A stretch of 63,881 bases of DNA, counting the filler, from Reclinomonas americana ATCC 50394 (Eukaryota), in the NCBI GenBank assembly GCA_048213135.1. It is 6 parts of 6 records of this genome, joined end to end, with 100 filler letters (N's around TTAATTAATTAA, not from the genome) between each part and the next. Parts side by side here need not be neighbours in the genome. Positions count along the whole stretch, not along the records: positions 18,221 to 42,595 come from PS015733.1; positions 42,696 to 55,105 come from PS015734.1; 4 more parts are not named here. The stretch is one strand, 5' to 3'. How positions within the stretch are numbered: position 1 is the stretch's first letter; each line of letters begins with the position of its first letter. The notes under the pieces are model-generated. The model had not been told where the DNA came from and made no database searches. It worked only from the letters and a program-made list of their open reading frames with translations. Below, in pieces: positions 36,873 through 50,061 of this stretch. The translations under genes and the position numbers were made by a program.

Positions 36873-37710
36873 ATGGTGGTGCCCATAATAGTCATAATGC
36901 ATACACTGATAGAAGAAGGAGAAGAAGACGGAAGACGAAGGAAGTCCTGTCGACTGATTTCTTCCATTGTTTCTCCGCACGAGAATGTCAAACCTCACAC
37001 CACTGCGTGTGGCACAGCGCAAGGCGTACTTGGAGGTGAGGCACTGTGACTGAATGGGAGAGAGAGGAGAGGTGGAGAGGGAGAGCGAGAGAAACGCGTC
37101 ATTGTTTTGTTCAGGAAGTGAGAGCCGCCACGTCCACACGATCATCATCATCATCGTCATCATCGCAGTCGCTGTTGGAAAAGGCATCGCCGGCATCTCG
37201 CTTGGCGCACGGGTGAGTGACAGAGAGTGAGAAGGCGTGCACTCTCCACGTACTCTATCTCACGCGCACAGCACATTCATAGGAAGCCGCTGCAGACACC
37301 CACACCGCCTCCGGGTGCGTCGAGCTCCGGTCGCCGCCGTCGCTCACCACCAGCGTCCTCACCGTCGGCGATGAAGGCAAACAAAGGTGTGTGAGAGAGA
37401 GAGAGGGAGTGTGTGTTGGGCGTTGACTGATTTCGTGCTGCGGGGGGGATCATAGCGGCACAGACCGATGATCGTGATGCTGGAGGTGCGTGCGCTTTGG
37501 GAAATGAGAGAGAAGAGAGAGAGAGAAGCAGTGAGTGAGTGAGAGCTGACCTCGGCATTGTCGCTTCGCAGCTACGGTATCGGGCAGCAGCAGTGCTCGT
37601 GGTGCAAACGCAGGCCTCAGTCAATGTGCGTCCATGGTATACGTTGTTATCATCAGCGTCGTCGTCGTCGGACTGAGGAGAGTGTGTATACGTGTGCAGC
37701 GCTGCCGGTC

Positions 37711-38357
37711 ATGTCGGCGGGCTCGAGTGACATGGATGATCGTGGAACGCCGAAATCGGCCACACGCAGCAGCACTGGCACAGGTGGTGACAACACCGTC
37801 TGGAATCGGAGCATGTATGGTACCACGTACACTCGCAACTTTGCGCCTCCAAAGCGTATGGGTGCGTGTCTTCGTTGATTTTATTCCGAGCGACGCACAC
37901 ACTCACCGCTCTGCGCACATAGACAAGCCTGCCAGTCGGTATCCGTTCATGTCGGTGGCCGGCAAAGACCCGAAGGACCTCGATTCGAGTCCTTTTCTCC
38001 TCGACATGAGCATGCGTCCGGGTTGCGTTCCTTCCCTCTCATTGCGCGCACCGCCCTCGCACACCGCGCTGACGAGCTCGGTGTGATCCTGCACGCACAG
38101 GCACACCGCAGGTCCCTGAGCTGCCACCGCTTCGTGGACCGCTGCTCAATGCGCGGTTCGCCAAGCGTGGTCACATTGCACCGCCCACCTACGACTCGTC
38201 GTGGTCGCCGACTTCGGAAAGCAGATCGGCTCGAGTGCGACCAGCCGCTCCGCCGACGCAGCCACCACGACCAGGCTCGCAGACTGCTCGTGACCCGTCA
38301 CCCGTTACCCGACTCACCAAGTCGCTGCGCGAGGCCGGTGTCATGGTCGTCAGGTGA
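37711..38357 (+). CDS. Hypothetical Pro/Ser/Thr-rich protein, 3 exons
   Basis: Two GT-AG introns (donors at about 37862 and 38011) join three open segments in frame. No family recognised. Confidence 0.4.
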
Positions 38358-38614
38358 GGAGTCGGATCACACAACATGCTGGTGATCGTGACCTCACCGT
38401 TTTTGCATGGACACAGACGAGACTGGTCGCCAGTGTTCAAACAACTGTAACTTTCTTCCGCCTCCACTTCCCTGCGGGCACTTAGCCTCGCAAAAAAATC
38501 ATCCTGCTGTGTACAACAAATGAACTCAGCCACACTCAGCAGCAAAGAATTGCGCGCCAAAGTAACGGACACTCGCGATTCTTCATCATCGTGTGAGCAA
38601 AAGTGTGTGCAGCC

Positions 38615-40529
38615 ATGTTGGCCGACCCAACGCAGGTACGTGTGAGGACTCACAGGGGCGCTTGCGACCACACAGACACTGAGTAGCGTTGCAGGACAAC
38701 GCGCCGCCACTACTCGTCGAACATCGATCGTCACCTCCAGCAGGTGTGCAACACATACACACACACACAACACGACTGTGATAGTATGGTGTGCTCACAC
38801 ATGAATCTACTCGCTCTGCGAATGTGACAGTGCTGGACGACTCGTGTGAGCCACCTGAGGAGCACGATGCAGAGTTGCTGCTGATCAAGACCTCTGCGAT
38901 TAGCGACGGCGACGATGAGGGCAAGAGACCGCTGCCACCACCATCACTGCCACCCTCATCGTCGCCACAACAGCCACTTTCTCCCGTGCCAGTGGTTGTC
39001 GTGGTCGGCGAGAAGAGCGCGGCAACCGCAGCTGACGACGATGGTGAGGTGGGGGCGCGCGTAGTGTTGGCACCCATGCCTGCGGCCCACACTGCAACGA
39101 CCGCGGCCATGTCACTGCCGTCGGCAGTGGATCAGCGTGCCGTGTGCCATCTGCCCAGGCCCGCCACATGGTGCTTCCCAGCCACCACCGAGTGCGTGCG
39201 GCAGATTGGCCAGTCTTTGCGTGACTCTGGCGAGCTGGCAGGTACGACGCACCATTGGTGTCACGTGCGCCTGCGTGTCTTCTCTGTTTTCCCTCACTCT
39301 GATGAACAAAAAAACACATGTGCAGGCACGGCGGGCGCACTGCTGGTTCTGGAGGGCCATCCAGGCAGCGGCAAGACCAACACTGTGTGCGAACTGGTGA
39401 TGCACCTACAGAGGGTAGAAGGACTTTGTGGACCCACTCTGTACGTGGACATGGGCGGCGATCGACCGGATTCCGATCGGCCTTCAGTGCGTCCGTGGTG
39501 ATCGATTGCAAAGAGAAGCACTTCACTTACAAAACCGTGCGACACAGGAGTTTGCCGTCATGTCCACTCTACTTTTGCAGGCCGACTGGCGTACTGCTGT
39601 TGCAGTGGAGTCGACTCGTGCAGGGCGTCCGTGCACTGCGGCGGCGATCAAGAAGGAACTGTATGCGGTCTTGGGCGCCTCCACCGCAACAGGTCGCTGT
39701 ATTGTGGTGCTGGAGAATGCGGTTGATGTGGATGCACTGATTGGCATGCTTCCGGATGCGGAGGAGTCTGGCGACACGGCGGCTCCGGTCATGTTCCGCC
39801 CGCTGGTGATTGTCACCAGCCGACGGAGAATCACAAGTGACCTGGAGGTCAAGTATCGTGCACTGCCGCTGTTCATGTGGCGCATGTCGGAGCTGTCGGT
39901 GTGGGACTGCACGGCCTACTGCAAGCACATTTCGTCGGTGTTGCACAACGACACCAGCGACTCGATGCCATCACGCCTTCTTCCACTGATGTCCATCTCG
40001 AGCATGCGCAGACCTTTTCGTCTGGCAGCATCGATCAAGTTGCGTCTGCACTACCGATCTCTTTCTTCATCGCTGTCGCTGAAAGTGGGATGCGATCATA
40101 AAACACAGGGCGGCACATTCATGGCTGCAGACACACACCACCCTCACTCGCGCCCAAATTCGCGGCTTCAGCAACGACAGCAGTACGGAATTCGTGGCGA
40201 CCGTCGTGCACTCGCTGTCAGCAGTCGAGCGCCGCCTCCTGCTGGTGCTGGCCGCTTGCGATGCGTGGCCGTCCATCTCCTATCGTGTCCTCAAGTACCT
40301 GGCCGCCGACGTGGCAGATCCACTTGCGCTGACCGATTGCTCCAGGCAAGTGCATGTCGTTCACCACTTGTGTGTCGCGCGTTGAAGCTCAGTGCGACGC
40401 TGCAGTTCGGCTGCGCCAAATCCACTTTCGGGACCACTGTGCGACGCCACCGTAGCTCAGCTCGTGGCCAGTCGTCTTGTCTCGCATTTTATGTGCGAGC
40501 ACGACGCCGATGGCAGTGAGGCAACGCGT
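38615..40529 (+). CDS. STAND-class P-loop NTPase, N-terminal part, paralog of 18221-20925
   Basis: LVLEGHPGSGKT, CIVVLENA and LVIVTSRRRI. The pre-P-loop segment LPRPATWCFP resembles MPPPWLFP in the other copy. Confidence 0.7.
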
Positions 40530-40571
40530 NNNNNNNNNNNNNNNNNNNNNNNNNNNNNNNNNNNNNNNNNN

Positions 40572-42595
40572 TTTGCAATAACGCGACACAACTTGGTCTC
40601 TCACCCGCGTCTCGGTCGCTGTTCCCGAGTGCTGCGGACACCAGTCAAACATGTCGTGGACGGCGTCTTCGGCCTCCTCCTCGGCCGCAAGTGCAATTGG
40701 CAGTGGCGTAGACTGGCCGCTCGTTGCAACTCCCGATTTCTCATCACAAACACCGCCATCCTCGTCTCCGTCGGCCACCTCCACATCGCTGGGAACGCGG
40801 TCGGTGGCGTCGTCACCACCACCGTCTACCTCGTCCTCATCCTCCTCTTCACCCGTAGCGCTGGCACTGCCTGAGTCGTGGAAGCGGCTCGGCTGTTGCA
40901 GCACCGCACGGCACACGTTGACGATCAAGTGGCGCGCCAACTTGCGATGCACGGCATGCTGGCCGTGCACTGTCGACCGTGTCCACGGTGGCGACGCGAC
41001 AACTGTCAGGCAATACATGGCGGCATCCCACAGCTCCAGTGACAGCATGGAGGCCGGTAGAGACTGCAGAGTTACGAACAGGGATTCTGCGTGTGGTCGC
41101 ACCCGCAGCCGCAGCAGCGCATCGTCGCGCAGCCGATCGGCCCCCAATGAAATCGTCTCACGCAGCCAACGAATCTGTGCGGCACAAACAACAGCTGCAG
41201 CTCGCTGGAAGGCGTCGGGTCGCGTGCTGCGGAAGTAGTCGGCCAGGAGCGAATGCACACTCAGCTGGGAACTCGAGGTTAGCTGCGGCATTTCTGCGGG
41301 AGAGTCGAGCATGCTCGCCAGCGGGTGGATGGTGATGTCGGCCTGCGATAGCTCGGCCAGCAATTCCAGTGGACAGATGGTGGTCACCTGNNNNNNNNNN
41401 NNNNNNNNNNNNNNNNNNNNNNNNNNNNNNNNNNNNNNNNNNNNNNNNNNNNNNNNNNNNNNNNNNNNNNNNNNNNNNNNNNNNNNNNNNNNNNNNNNNN
41501 NNNNNNNNNNNNNNNNNNNNNNNNNNNNNNNNNNNNNNNNNNNNNNNNNNNNNNNNNNNNNNNNNNNNNNNNNNNNNNNNNNNNNNNNNNNNNNNNNNNN
41601 NNNNNNNNNNNNNNNNNNNNNNNNNNNNNNNNNNNNNNNNNNNNNNNNNNNNNNNNNNNNNNNNNNNNNNNNNNNNNNNNNNNNNNNNNNNNNNNNNNNN
41701 NNNNNNNNNNNNNNNNNNNNNNNNNNNNNNNNNNNNNNNNNNNNNNNNNNNNNNNNNNNNNNNNNNNNNNNNNNNNNNNNNNNNNNNNNNNNNNNNNNNN
41801 NGATCGCAACTCTACGCACTTGCGTGCCAGCGGCTCTGCATCTGTGTAGCGACCCAAGCCTAGCAGTGCCGTGGCCAGGTAGTGACGCGTCTCCATGGTG
41901 CGCAGTGCGCTCTCGCCAAGTGCTCGCTCCTCGGTCTGCAGGCATTGCCGCAGCTGGCGCTCCCACTCGGCGTACTTGCCCTGCGGCTTGTACGTGTCGG
42001 CCAGCGCGTGCCGCATGTTCAGCAGCCGCCACTGAATGGGCGACAGGTGCGACGGCGACGACAGCGAAGCGTCTGCGGCCAGTGATGACGGTGACGAGGC
42101 TCGGGAAGGGGGTGACGGCCCAAGCAGCTCTTCGCTCTCGTCCACCATGTCGTCCGGAATGAGCAGACCGCTGATGGTGCCGGGGGGTGGTGTGGCCATG
42201 GCTCGCCGCGTGCTCGGCGTGACACCCCGTGCGCGCGGTGACGAGTCACCACCATCACTGCGTTCCATCGCTGTGCTCCCGCCCGACAGCTCGAGAATTT
42301 GCAGCGCACGCCGGTAGTTGGTCTCGGCTTCCGAAAACAGGCCGAGAGCGCTGCATTCGCCCGCCAGCAGCTCCAGTGCTGTGGCGGTTGCCGGATGGCG
42401 CGGACCTCGCAACAACTCTTGCACCTGCACGCTGAGCTGTAGCACACGGGCGGCCTCCAAGTGATCACCACAAAGGCGCGCCAGCTCGCCCCATCTCCTG
42501 AGCAGCCGCCACGGCGCATTCGGCACAGTCACCATGTCACTGATCGACATTAGGGTGATGCGCGAGCCCTGCACCACGCAGATATTAGGAAAGCG
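40572..42595 (-). CDS. Helical and TPR-repeat segments, probably the C-terminal part of the STAND NTPase on misoriented contig(s)
   Basis: Kinesin-light-chain-like TPRs: LRGPRHPATATALELLA...EAETNYRRALQI and LGESALRTMETRHYLATALLGLGRYTDAEPL. Confidence 0.6.
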
Positions 42596-42900
42596 NNNNN
42601 NNNNNNNNNNNNNNNNNNNNNNNNNNNNNNNNNNNNNNNTTAATTAATTAANNNNNNNNNNNNNNNNNNNNNNNNNNNNNNNNNNNNNNNNNNNNCACCC
42701 TCCAACGCGTCGCACAACGAGAGGTTTGCTGCAATCATTTCTTCCCCACCTACCTCTTTTCGCCAGTCTCTCACCATGCCGCATGCGTGCGTGTTCACAG
42801 AGGAGTGGGGGTGGCAGTGGAGAAGACGGAAACAGTGGAAGCGGCGGTGGCGGCAACTGCACGCTCTTGTAATGAAGTCTGAGATACAGGAACCCCTTCC

Positions 42901-43224
42901 TCACGAGCGCTTCGGCTGCAGCGTGCGCAGCGCCACCACCGACAGGCCAAGACCAACGATGCAAATAGCGGTGAATGCCAGCAGGCCCTCCCACACGGTG
43001 CCGTCGGAGAGCGTCTCTGCCACGCGCGCACCGTACTCACGACACACATCGCGTGCATGCAGTTGCTCCGTGCTCTGCAAGTACAGAAGCCCCAGTGGCG
43101 TGGCCCACTGCGCGCCCAAGTACCCGTCAGCACGTGAAGAGAGGGGGAGAGGGAGGGGGAGGAGAGGGAGAGAGAGGAGAAGGAGGGGCGGAGGACGGAG
43201 AGAAAGAGGTGGCGAGGCGGAATA

Positions 43225-43260
<36 letters not shown>

Positions 43261-43706
43261 CAGATGCAGATGCAACGAATGTGATTGCCTCTCTCTCTTT
43301 CCCCTTCGCGCGCGCTCTCTCTCTCTCTCTCTCTTTCTCTCTCCCTTCTCTCTCTCCCTTCTCCTTGCTCACACGCAACGTTGCCAGCGCGCTCGACAAA
43401 CGCCCAAATGTGCTCTCCAGCCAGCGGGCGAATCGCGGCCGTGGCAAACGCCCACGCGACGCACCACGCCGTGACAACCGAGCACGGGTAGAAGAGCGTG
43501 CCAAAGCCGACGACGATATCGAGAAGGCCAATGAGTGGCATGAGAACGCGACCCTGCGCGGTGGTGAAGCCACCCGCGTGTAGATACGTGATCCACTTGC
43601 TCAGCTCAATGCCGCGGAAGGCCAGCCATCCGTGGCCCACAAACGTGCCGCACACGCCAATGCGGAGGAGAAGATCGAGAGGCAGCGAGGCCACGGACTG
43701 CAACAT
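42901..43706 (-). CDS. DoxX-like integral membrane protein of an uncharacterised bacterial-type family, 1 intron; the start may lie further upstream
   Basis: LLRIGVCGTFVGHG...LMPLIGLLDI...WAFATAAIRPLAGE..WAFVERAGN|WATPLGLL, with several hydrophobic helices. Confidence 0.7.
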
Positions 43707-44106
43707 GGGGTTGGGGGGAGAAGTTTTTTCCGACGAATTGTTCGAAACGCGAAAAATCAGTGTTTTTATCTCCCCCGTCTCTCCGCGGAGTGCCGTGCAC
43801 ACACTGTGCCGGTGTCGTGGTCGTGTGTGGCCGATCTGATGCAACCGCTTGCTTTGCAGCTGCAATATCGAAACTCCTGATATCTTGCAATTGGCCGGCT
43901 GCCATCGTGGCCGTGTCCATCACGCTCATCGCATGACCACGCCTCGTACTGCGTGACACAGCGCATATCGCTTGCGCACATCTGCGAGAACATTTGACGA
44001 TTGTTCGTTCGACATTGTCGGAGCCCGTGTCGGAGCGCACTCCGAGTCTGACTGTCTAGAATCTTCGCAGCTTACTCGCGATATTTTGTTGTCCCGTGAG
44101 AGCGCA

Positions 44107-47100
44107 ATGGCTGTCGTGCTTCCTGCTGCTGCTGTTGCTGATGCAAGTGCCTGCGAGGTGATCACCGCTGATCCATGGCGCAAGAACCTGCGTGGTGGAG
44201 ACGCCGACAAGGAGCTGGTGCAAGAGGAGCGGCCACAGTTGCGCGTGACATTGCACTTGGTCAGCGACTCGCTCTCTGACTCTCTCTTTGCGACACAGAT
44301 GGTGGTGGACGGGGTTGAGCCCGAACTGCGCGGAGGTGGCTGCCATGCAGGCGCAGCTGCACTCGTCGCCGCATGCGTCGCCACCGAAGCGTTTTGTAAT
44401 TGAACACGACGCCGATGATGATGATGTGTTGCCGGCGAGTGGCGACGAGTCCGTGCTGCAGCAGTTGCCGCCGCAGCCGGTGCTGACGTGCTCCAAGGCC
44501 ACACTGCGCGCGTACTTTGATGCCACGTGGCTGGCCACGGAGGTCAGTTGCTGTCTGCGTGTTGTGTGAGACTTTTTCTTTTTTTTTTGTGCGCCGCAGA
44601 ACATCTCAATCAGTTTTTCTCATAGATGCTCTTTTCGGGTCTCAATGGCGAGGAGGCTTTTTATCGCCCGCCCAGCCATGGCTTGCGGTGAGTGCCTTTC
44701 TCTGTTGATTCTTTTGGGGAGGAGTCCGCGGGGTGCATCTAAAATCATCAACCTCCGTCAAGCTCCGACATAATCTAATTTGTGGGTTATTCTCTTCTCT
44801 AGACACCCGCTGGTCTTTTACCTCGGGCATGTGGCGTGTTTCTATGTCAACAAGCTGCGCCTGTCGCGCGCCATTGATATGCCGATCAATCAGGAGTTTG
44901 AGCTGCTGTTCGAGGTCGGCGTCGATGAGATGCAGTGGGATGATTTGAGCAAGAACGAGAGCAGCTGGCCGACGATTCGTGAGGTGTGTGTGTGCCTCCG
45001 TCCCTTGTGTGTTTTTTCTTTGGACGCGCTGACTTCTCCCGCGCCTGCAGCTGGTCGACTACCGCCGCGAGGTCTACAAGATGGTGGTGGACGTGATTGA
45101 GAAGAACCCGCAAGTCTGCAATGGCGACCAGCCGCATCCGCACGAGCGCTCCATCACCTGGGCGCTGTTCATGGCCATTGAGCACGAGCACATTCACTTT
45201 GAGACGTCGTCCGTGCTCATTCGCCAGGTGTGTGTGTGTGTGTGGAAACGTGCGCTGTTTGTGTGGCCTGCCCGACCGCTCATCGAAAACTTCTGTATCT
45301 GCAGCTCCCGCTGGCACTGGTGCACCCGCCGGCGCAGTTCCCGCGCCCGTTCCCGCTCAAGGTCGACGCCCCGATTGTTGACCCGCGCGAGGGTGTGGAC
45401 TACCCGGCCAACCCGCTGATCACTGGCACGGCCGAGGCCGTCGATGTGACGATTGGCAAGCCGCTCAATTTTGCCACGTACGGCTGGGACTGCGAGTACG
45501 GCACACGCACGTCGCGAGTGGCGCCATTCTCCGCCACCACCTTCAAGATCACCAACGGCGAGTACTATCAGTTTGTGGTCGCCGGCGGCTACCACATGCG
45601 CCAGTACTGGTCGGAGAAGGGCTGGGGTTGGCGCTCGTTCCGCAACACGCGGCATCCCGAGTTCTGGGTACTGGAGGGACCCAACGACCTGCACCACTAC
45701 CGCCTGCGTCACACGTGGGAGGAGGTGCCGATGCAGTGGGACCTGCCAGTGATTGTCAATTACCACGAGGCCAAGGCGTACGCGGCATGGCGCAGCGAAC
45801 TGGACGGCAAGGTTTGCACCACAGAGATGGAGGTGGCCCACTGGCATCATTCTTTGGTTACCCACCGCCCCTCCCGCACACAGTCATACCGCCTGCTCAC
45901 CGAGTACGAGCACAAGGTGCTGGCCGGCAATCGTCTGCCGGAGGCGCGAGTGGAGGATGAGGTAGTGCTGCGCTACGGCGGCGAGGATATCGCCGAGCAC
46001 ACCGGCTACAACGTGCAGTTGGCGTACGGATCGGAGTCATCGGTGACGGCCGGCAAGCCGTCACCAGCTGGCTTCTACGATGTGTACGGCAATGTGTGGG
46101 AGTGGACGGAGACCGTGATGGAGCAACTGGAGGGCTACAAGCCAAATCCGCTGTACTTTGACTTTAGCCAGCCATGCTGCGATGGCATGCATCACATGAT
46201 CATCGGAGGCTCCTTTGTGTCCGGCGGCAACCTCGCCAGCATGTACGCGCGCTACCACTTCCGCCCGCACTTCCACCAGCACTCCGGCTTCCGCTTGGTG
46301 TTGCCGCTGGTGCGTTTTTCTTTCAAGATATTGCCCTTGCGCGTTCTCAGCCGCTCACTTTTCCTCTTTCCGTGCAGGAGGAGGGCAAGATCGACGATGT
46401 CGATTTCTACGAGCAGACGCAGACCCTCAACGACTACCTGCAGTTCCACTACGCCTCGTTCGAGTACCTGTATCCGTACTCGTCGGTGGTGCCGGGCATG
46501 GAGCAGGTGTTTGACTTTGCTCGCCGGTGTGGCGAGAAGGTGACGGAGTGGGTGGACAAGTTGGGCATCCCGGCACACCGCGCACTCGACCTCGGCTGCG
46601 CTGTCGGTTTGTTTTTGTGTGGCGCATTTTCATATTTTGATGTGGTGCAAGAGTCTCATTTGTGTGTACCTACAGGGCGCTCATCGTTCGAGATGGCTCG
46701 CCGTTTCGATCAAGTCGTGGGCATTGACTTTAGCAAGAACTTTATCGACGCCTGCAAGGCCCTGCGTGCTGGTGCGTGAGAGGAAGGAGGAGCGGCAAGT
46801 ATTTTTCCACCAAAATCACTCACTTTTTCTCTTGATTTCATCTACTCAGGTGGCGCGTTGCAATTCAAGGCACTGGTCGAGGGCAGCCTGTTTGACACGC
46901 TGACGGCGCAAGTCGACTCGGCGATTGATCGCTCCCGCACCGATTTCGAGACTGGCGACGCATGTGCACTGCGCGCCGACCTCGGTGACTTTGATGCGGT
47001 GCTGATGGCCAATCTCATTTGCCGGTGAGTGGAGGGAGGATCAAAAGCATAACATGCATGCATTGACGAGCGCACTCACGTTGCGTTGGTATCTGCGTGC

Positions 47101-47456
47101 AGCCTGCCGAATCCAATGGACTGCTTGGATCGCGCTCCCGGCTTGGTCAGACCAGGTGGTCTGCTGGTGCTGACGACACCATTCTCGTGGCTCGAGCAGT
47201 TCACACCCGTCGACAAGTGGCTCGGCGCGCGCGAGATTGACGGGCAGCGTGTGGCCTCGGTCGACGCACTGAAGGCCGTGCTCGCCCCGAACTTTGAGTT
47301 GCTGGAGGAGCGACCGGTGAGTGCGGCGACAATGTGAGTTCTTCGATGACAGGCACATGCTGACACACGTATCCACAGTTCCCGATGCTCATTCGCGACC
47401 ACGTCCGCAAGTTCCAATTCACCTTCCCTCTCCTGACAGTGTGGCGCCGACGCTAA
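44107..47456 (+). CDS. ovoA: Ovothiol synthase: 5-histidylcysteine sulfoxide synthase (DinB + FGE-sulfatase domains) fused to a SAM methyltransferase
   Basis: WWTGLSP, HGLRHPLVFYLGHVACFYVNKL, VGVDEMQWDDL, iron motif EHEHIHFETSSVLIRQLP, YGWDCEYG, VNYHEAKAY, GNVWEW, RYHFRPHFHQHSGFR, ALDLGCAVGRSSFE, GDACAL and NLICRLPNP. Confidence 0.95.
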
Positions 47457-47699
47457 TATAGCGTTCGTGAACTCGCCTGCTGTGTAATTTGTTTGTTTTT
47501 TTGTTGAGTATTTCGACCAAGTGCGTTAGCTTTTTTTCCTCCCACAAGTTGTGTGTTTCTCTTTTCCTGCGATGTTTCCATGCGTACGATCCAACGATCC
47601 TAAAGTAAATCAAAATGTTGTTAGTCAAGAGTTCCCAAGTGATCATGATTGATGAATTTTCATGTTAACGGCCTCACTTGTGTGCAGAGAGAGAAAGGC

Positions 47700-49842
47700 A
47701 TGAGCTCGAAGGAGCTGTCGACGAACCCGGCCGACGTGACGGTGGAGCGATCGAGTGAGGTGACTGAGCTGCACTTTGCGGGTCGCAACCTGACCGAGCT
47801 CGACGCCAACCTGCGCCACTTTGTCAATCTGGAAACACTGTGGATCAACGACAATCGACTGACGTCGCTGGGTGGGCTCGTGGAGGCACCGCCCCCGCGC
47901 AGTGCGTCTGCGGTGGAGAAGAAGAAGCCACTGGGGTGTGTGTGTGTGTGTGTCTCTCTCTCTGTCGCGTCTCCTCCTCCACTCATGCAATGATGACAGT
48001 TGTTTCCGGCTAAAGGAACTGCTGGCGCACAACAATGCACTGGCGCGACTGGATGCGCTGGAGGCTGTGGGCTTCCTGGAGGTGCTTTCGTTGTATAACA
48101 ATCGCCTGCGCGATCTGGACGAGACGCTCGGCTGGATCGGGCACCTGAAGCACTTGCGCAAGCTTGGTGCGTCGGTCTTTTTGCGAGTGTGACGGCGAGA
48201 GGCTCGATCGCGAGTGTGTGACTGTATGCCTGTGTAGATCTGTTTGGGAACCCGGCGGCCGAGGAGAACAACTATCGTTTGCGCGTGATTTACACGTTTC
48301 CGGCCCTCGACGTGCTCGATCGGCATGGTACTGCTGCTTCCTGACATACTGCCGCCGCCGCTGTGAAACGACGACTCACTTTCTCACTCACCTGTGCAGT
48401 CGTGCACGACGAGGAGCGCTTGGAGGCGAGGAAGCTGTTTGAAAAGGTGTCTTGCGCGAGCGAGCGAGAGCAAGTGTTGTCTGTGCACACAGGAAACTGA
48501 AATCCGAAAACGCTGCGTGCATGCAGGGTGGAGAGCTGGAGTTTGCATTCATGCAGCGAGTGACGGACGATCTGAGACCACAAAGGGTCCGCGGTGGTGC
48601 GATGAGTGTGCTGGAATGCGAGTTGCAGGCCAAGGCGGAGCGGATTGAAAAGGAACGCGTCGATGCCGAGGCGCGGGTTTTGCAGGAGGCACGAGATGCC
48701 ATTGCCAAGGTGCGAGGCGGGGGGCGTAGCGGAATGCGTTGCGAAGTGGCACTTGCTTACAGTTCGGAACAGGAGATGGAAAAGTACGAGCACGTCATGG
48801 CTCCAAAGGCCACGCCGGTGCCGCTGAGCAACGCCGAGTTGGCGAAACAGGCCGAGTGGAACGAGCACTTTACCGCCGACGACATGAAGGCGCTGACAGG
48901 TACGGCGCACCTGTGTCTCCCTCCTCTTTTATCACGTCCACCGACACGCACACACACGCACATGCAGACGCCTATGCGAGTGCCGGTGGTGCAGGGGTGT
49001 CGCTGAATACGGCGGTTCGGATGTTGGAAAATTGGCACATTTGTTGCGCTTATTCTCTCTTCGCTGTATCCCAACCCTCTCCTCCGTTGCTCACGTGCCT
49101 TTTCCTCCAATGCGCACAGATGACGTCCCAGAGGTCGAGTGCGCACATGTGTTGTCGGATTCGGGTGCACCCTCGGCCGACAATGTCACCATGGCGCAGC
49201 TGCTGGCCGGTGTGTTGGCATCGTCGTGGATTCTGAGCAGGCTGGGTGAGCGATATCAGCGACTTAGCCGGGAACTGCTTGCCTCCGGCAACAGCGACTC
49301 CTGTTGCGTCTTTTCGCAGCGTCTGCGACTGCCTCTCGGAGTTTCATGCGCAAATAGCAACTCATTGCAATTGTGCTGAATAGCGCTGAAACACGGACAG
49401 CGTGCTGTCAAGCTGAGCATGCGAGCATCGCGCATCGAGAAGCAGGAGAACGAGGCCGCCGAGCGACGGCAGCGCGAACTGGCCAACGAGCACGTCAAAA
49501 CGTTGCGTACAAGCCGCATTTGGCAAATAGACCCGCTTTCGCTCACTCTCTCAATCTCTCCATACATACAGCGGCGATGTAGTGCTCCGACACATCTATC
49601 ACGCGCAGCACGACGAGCGCGCCGCCACCGAAGCCGATGTTGCGTAAACACCCAAGAGAAAAAGAGGAATATCGTACACCACTGCGCGTTCGAACTAATC
49701 TGTTTTCCGTATGATCATGCAGCTGTTTGCCGCTCGCCAGTCGGCCTCGTCTACCATCCAGCTCGATGCGCAGCATTACAAGGATCGACTAGCACGCGAG
49801 GCGCGCGCCACTCTAACGCGCGCCAAGCGAGTAATCAAGTGA
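47700..49842 (+). CDS. LRRC72: SDS22-like leucine-rich repeat protein, LRRC72-like
   Basis: FVNLETLWINDNRL, FRLKELLAHNN, LEVLSLYNNRL and LRR cap LDLFGNPAAEENNYRLRVIYTFPALDVLDRH. The last exon depends on a donor at 49639; without it the stop is at 49647. Confidence 0.75.
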
Positions 49843-50061
49843 AAAACAAACAACACAGCGTGCACGCAAACCAAGATTCTTTCCTTGTGTTTTCAGTGAA
49901 TCTCCAAGTGGCGCGCGCGCTTGAGCGAGAGCAAAAGACACGACGTAACACAGAGAGCAGTGTGTGTGCGCACGTGCTTATCCACACGACATTGTGTGCG
50001 ATCATCCCGCCACCGCGCACTCTCCTCTCCGTGGTCAAATCGGGAGAGGAAGAACAACAGG

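Noticed and set aside
36890..37624. Possible small minus-strand gene between XPO6 and the 37711 gene
   Set aside because: I could not build a consistent spliced reading frame.
21050..47456. Peroxidase plus OvoA as a linked ovoperoxidase/ovothiol cluster
   Set aside because: They are separated by the linker at 42640 and so lie on different scaffolds. No linkage can be inferred.
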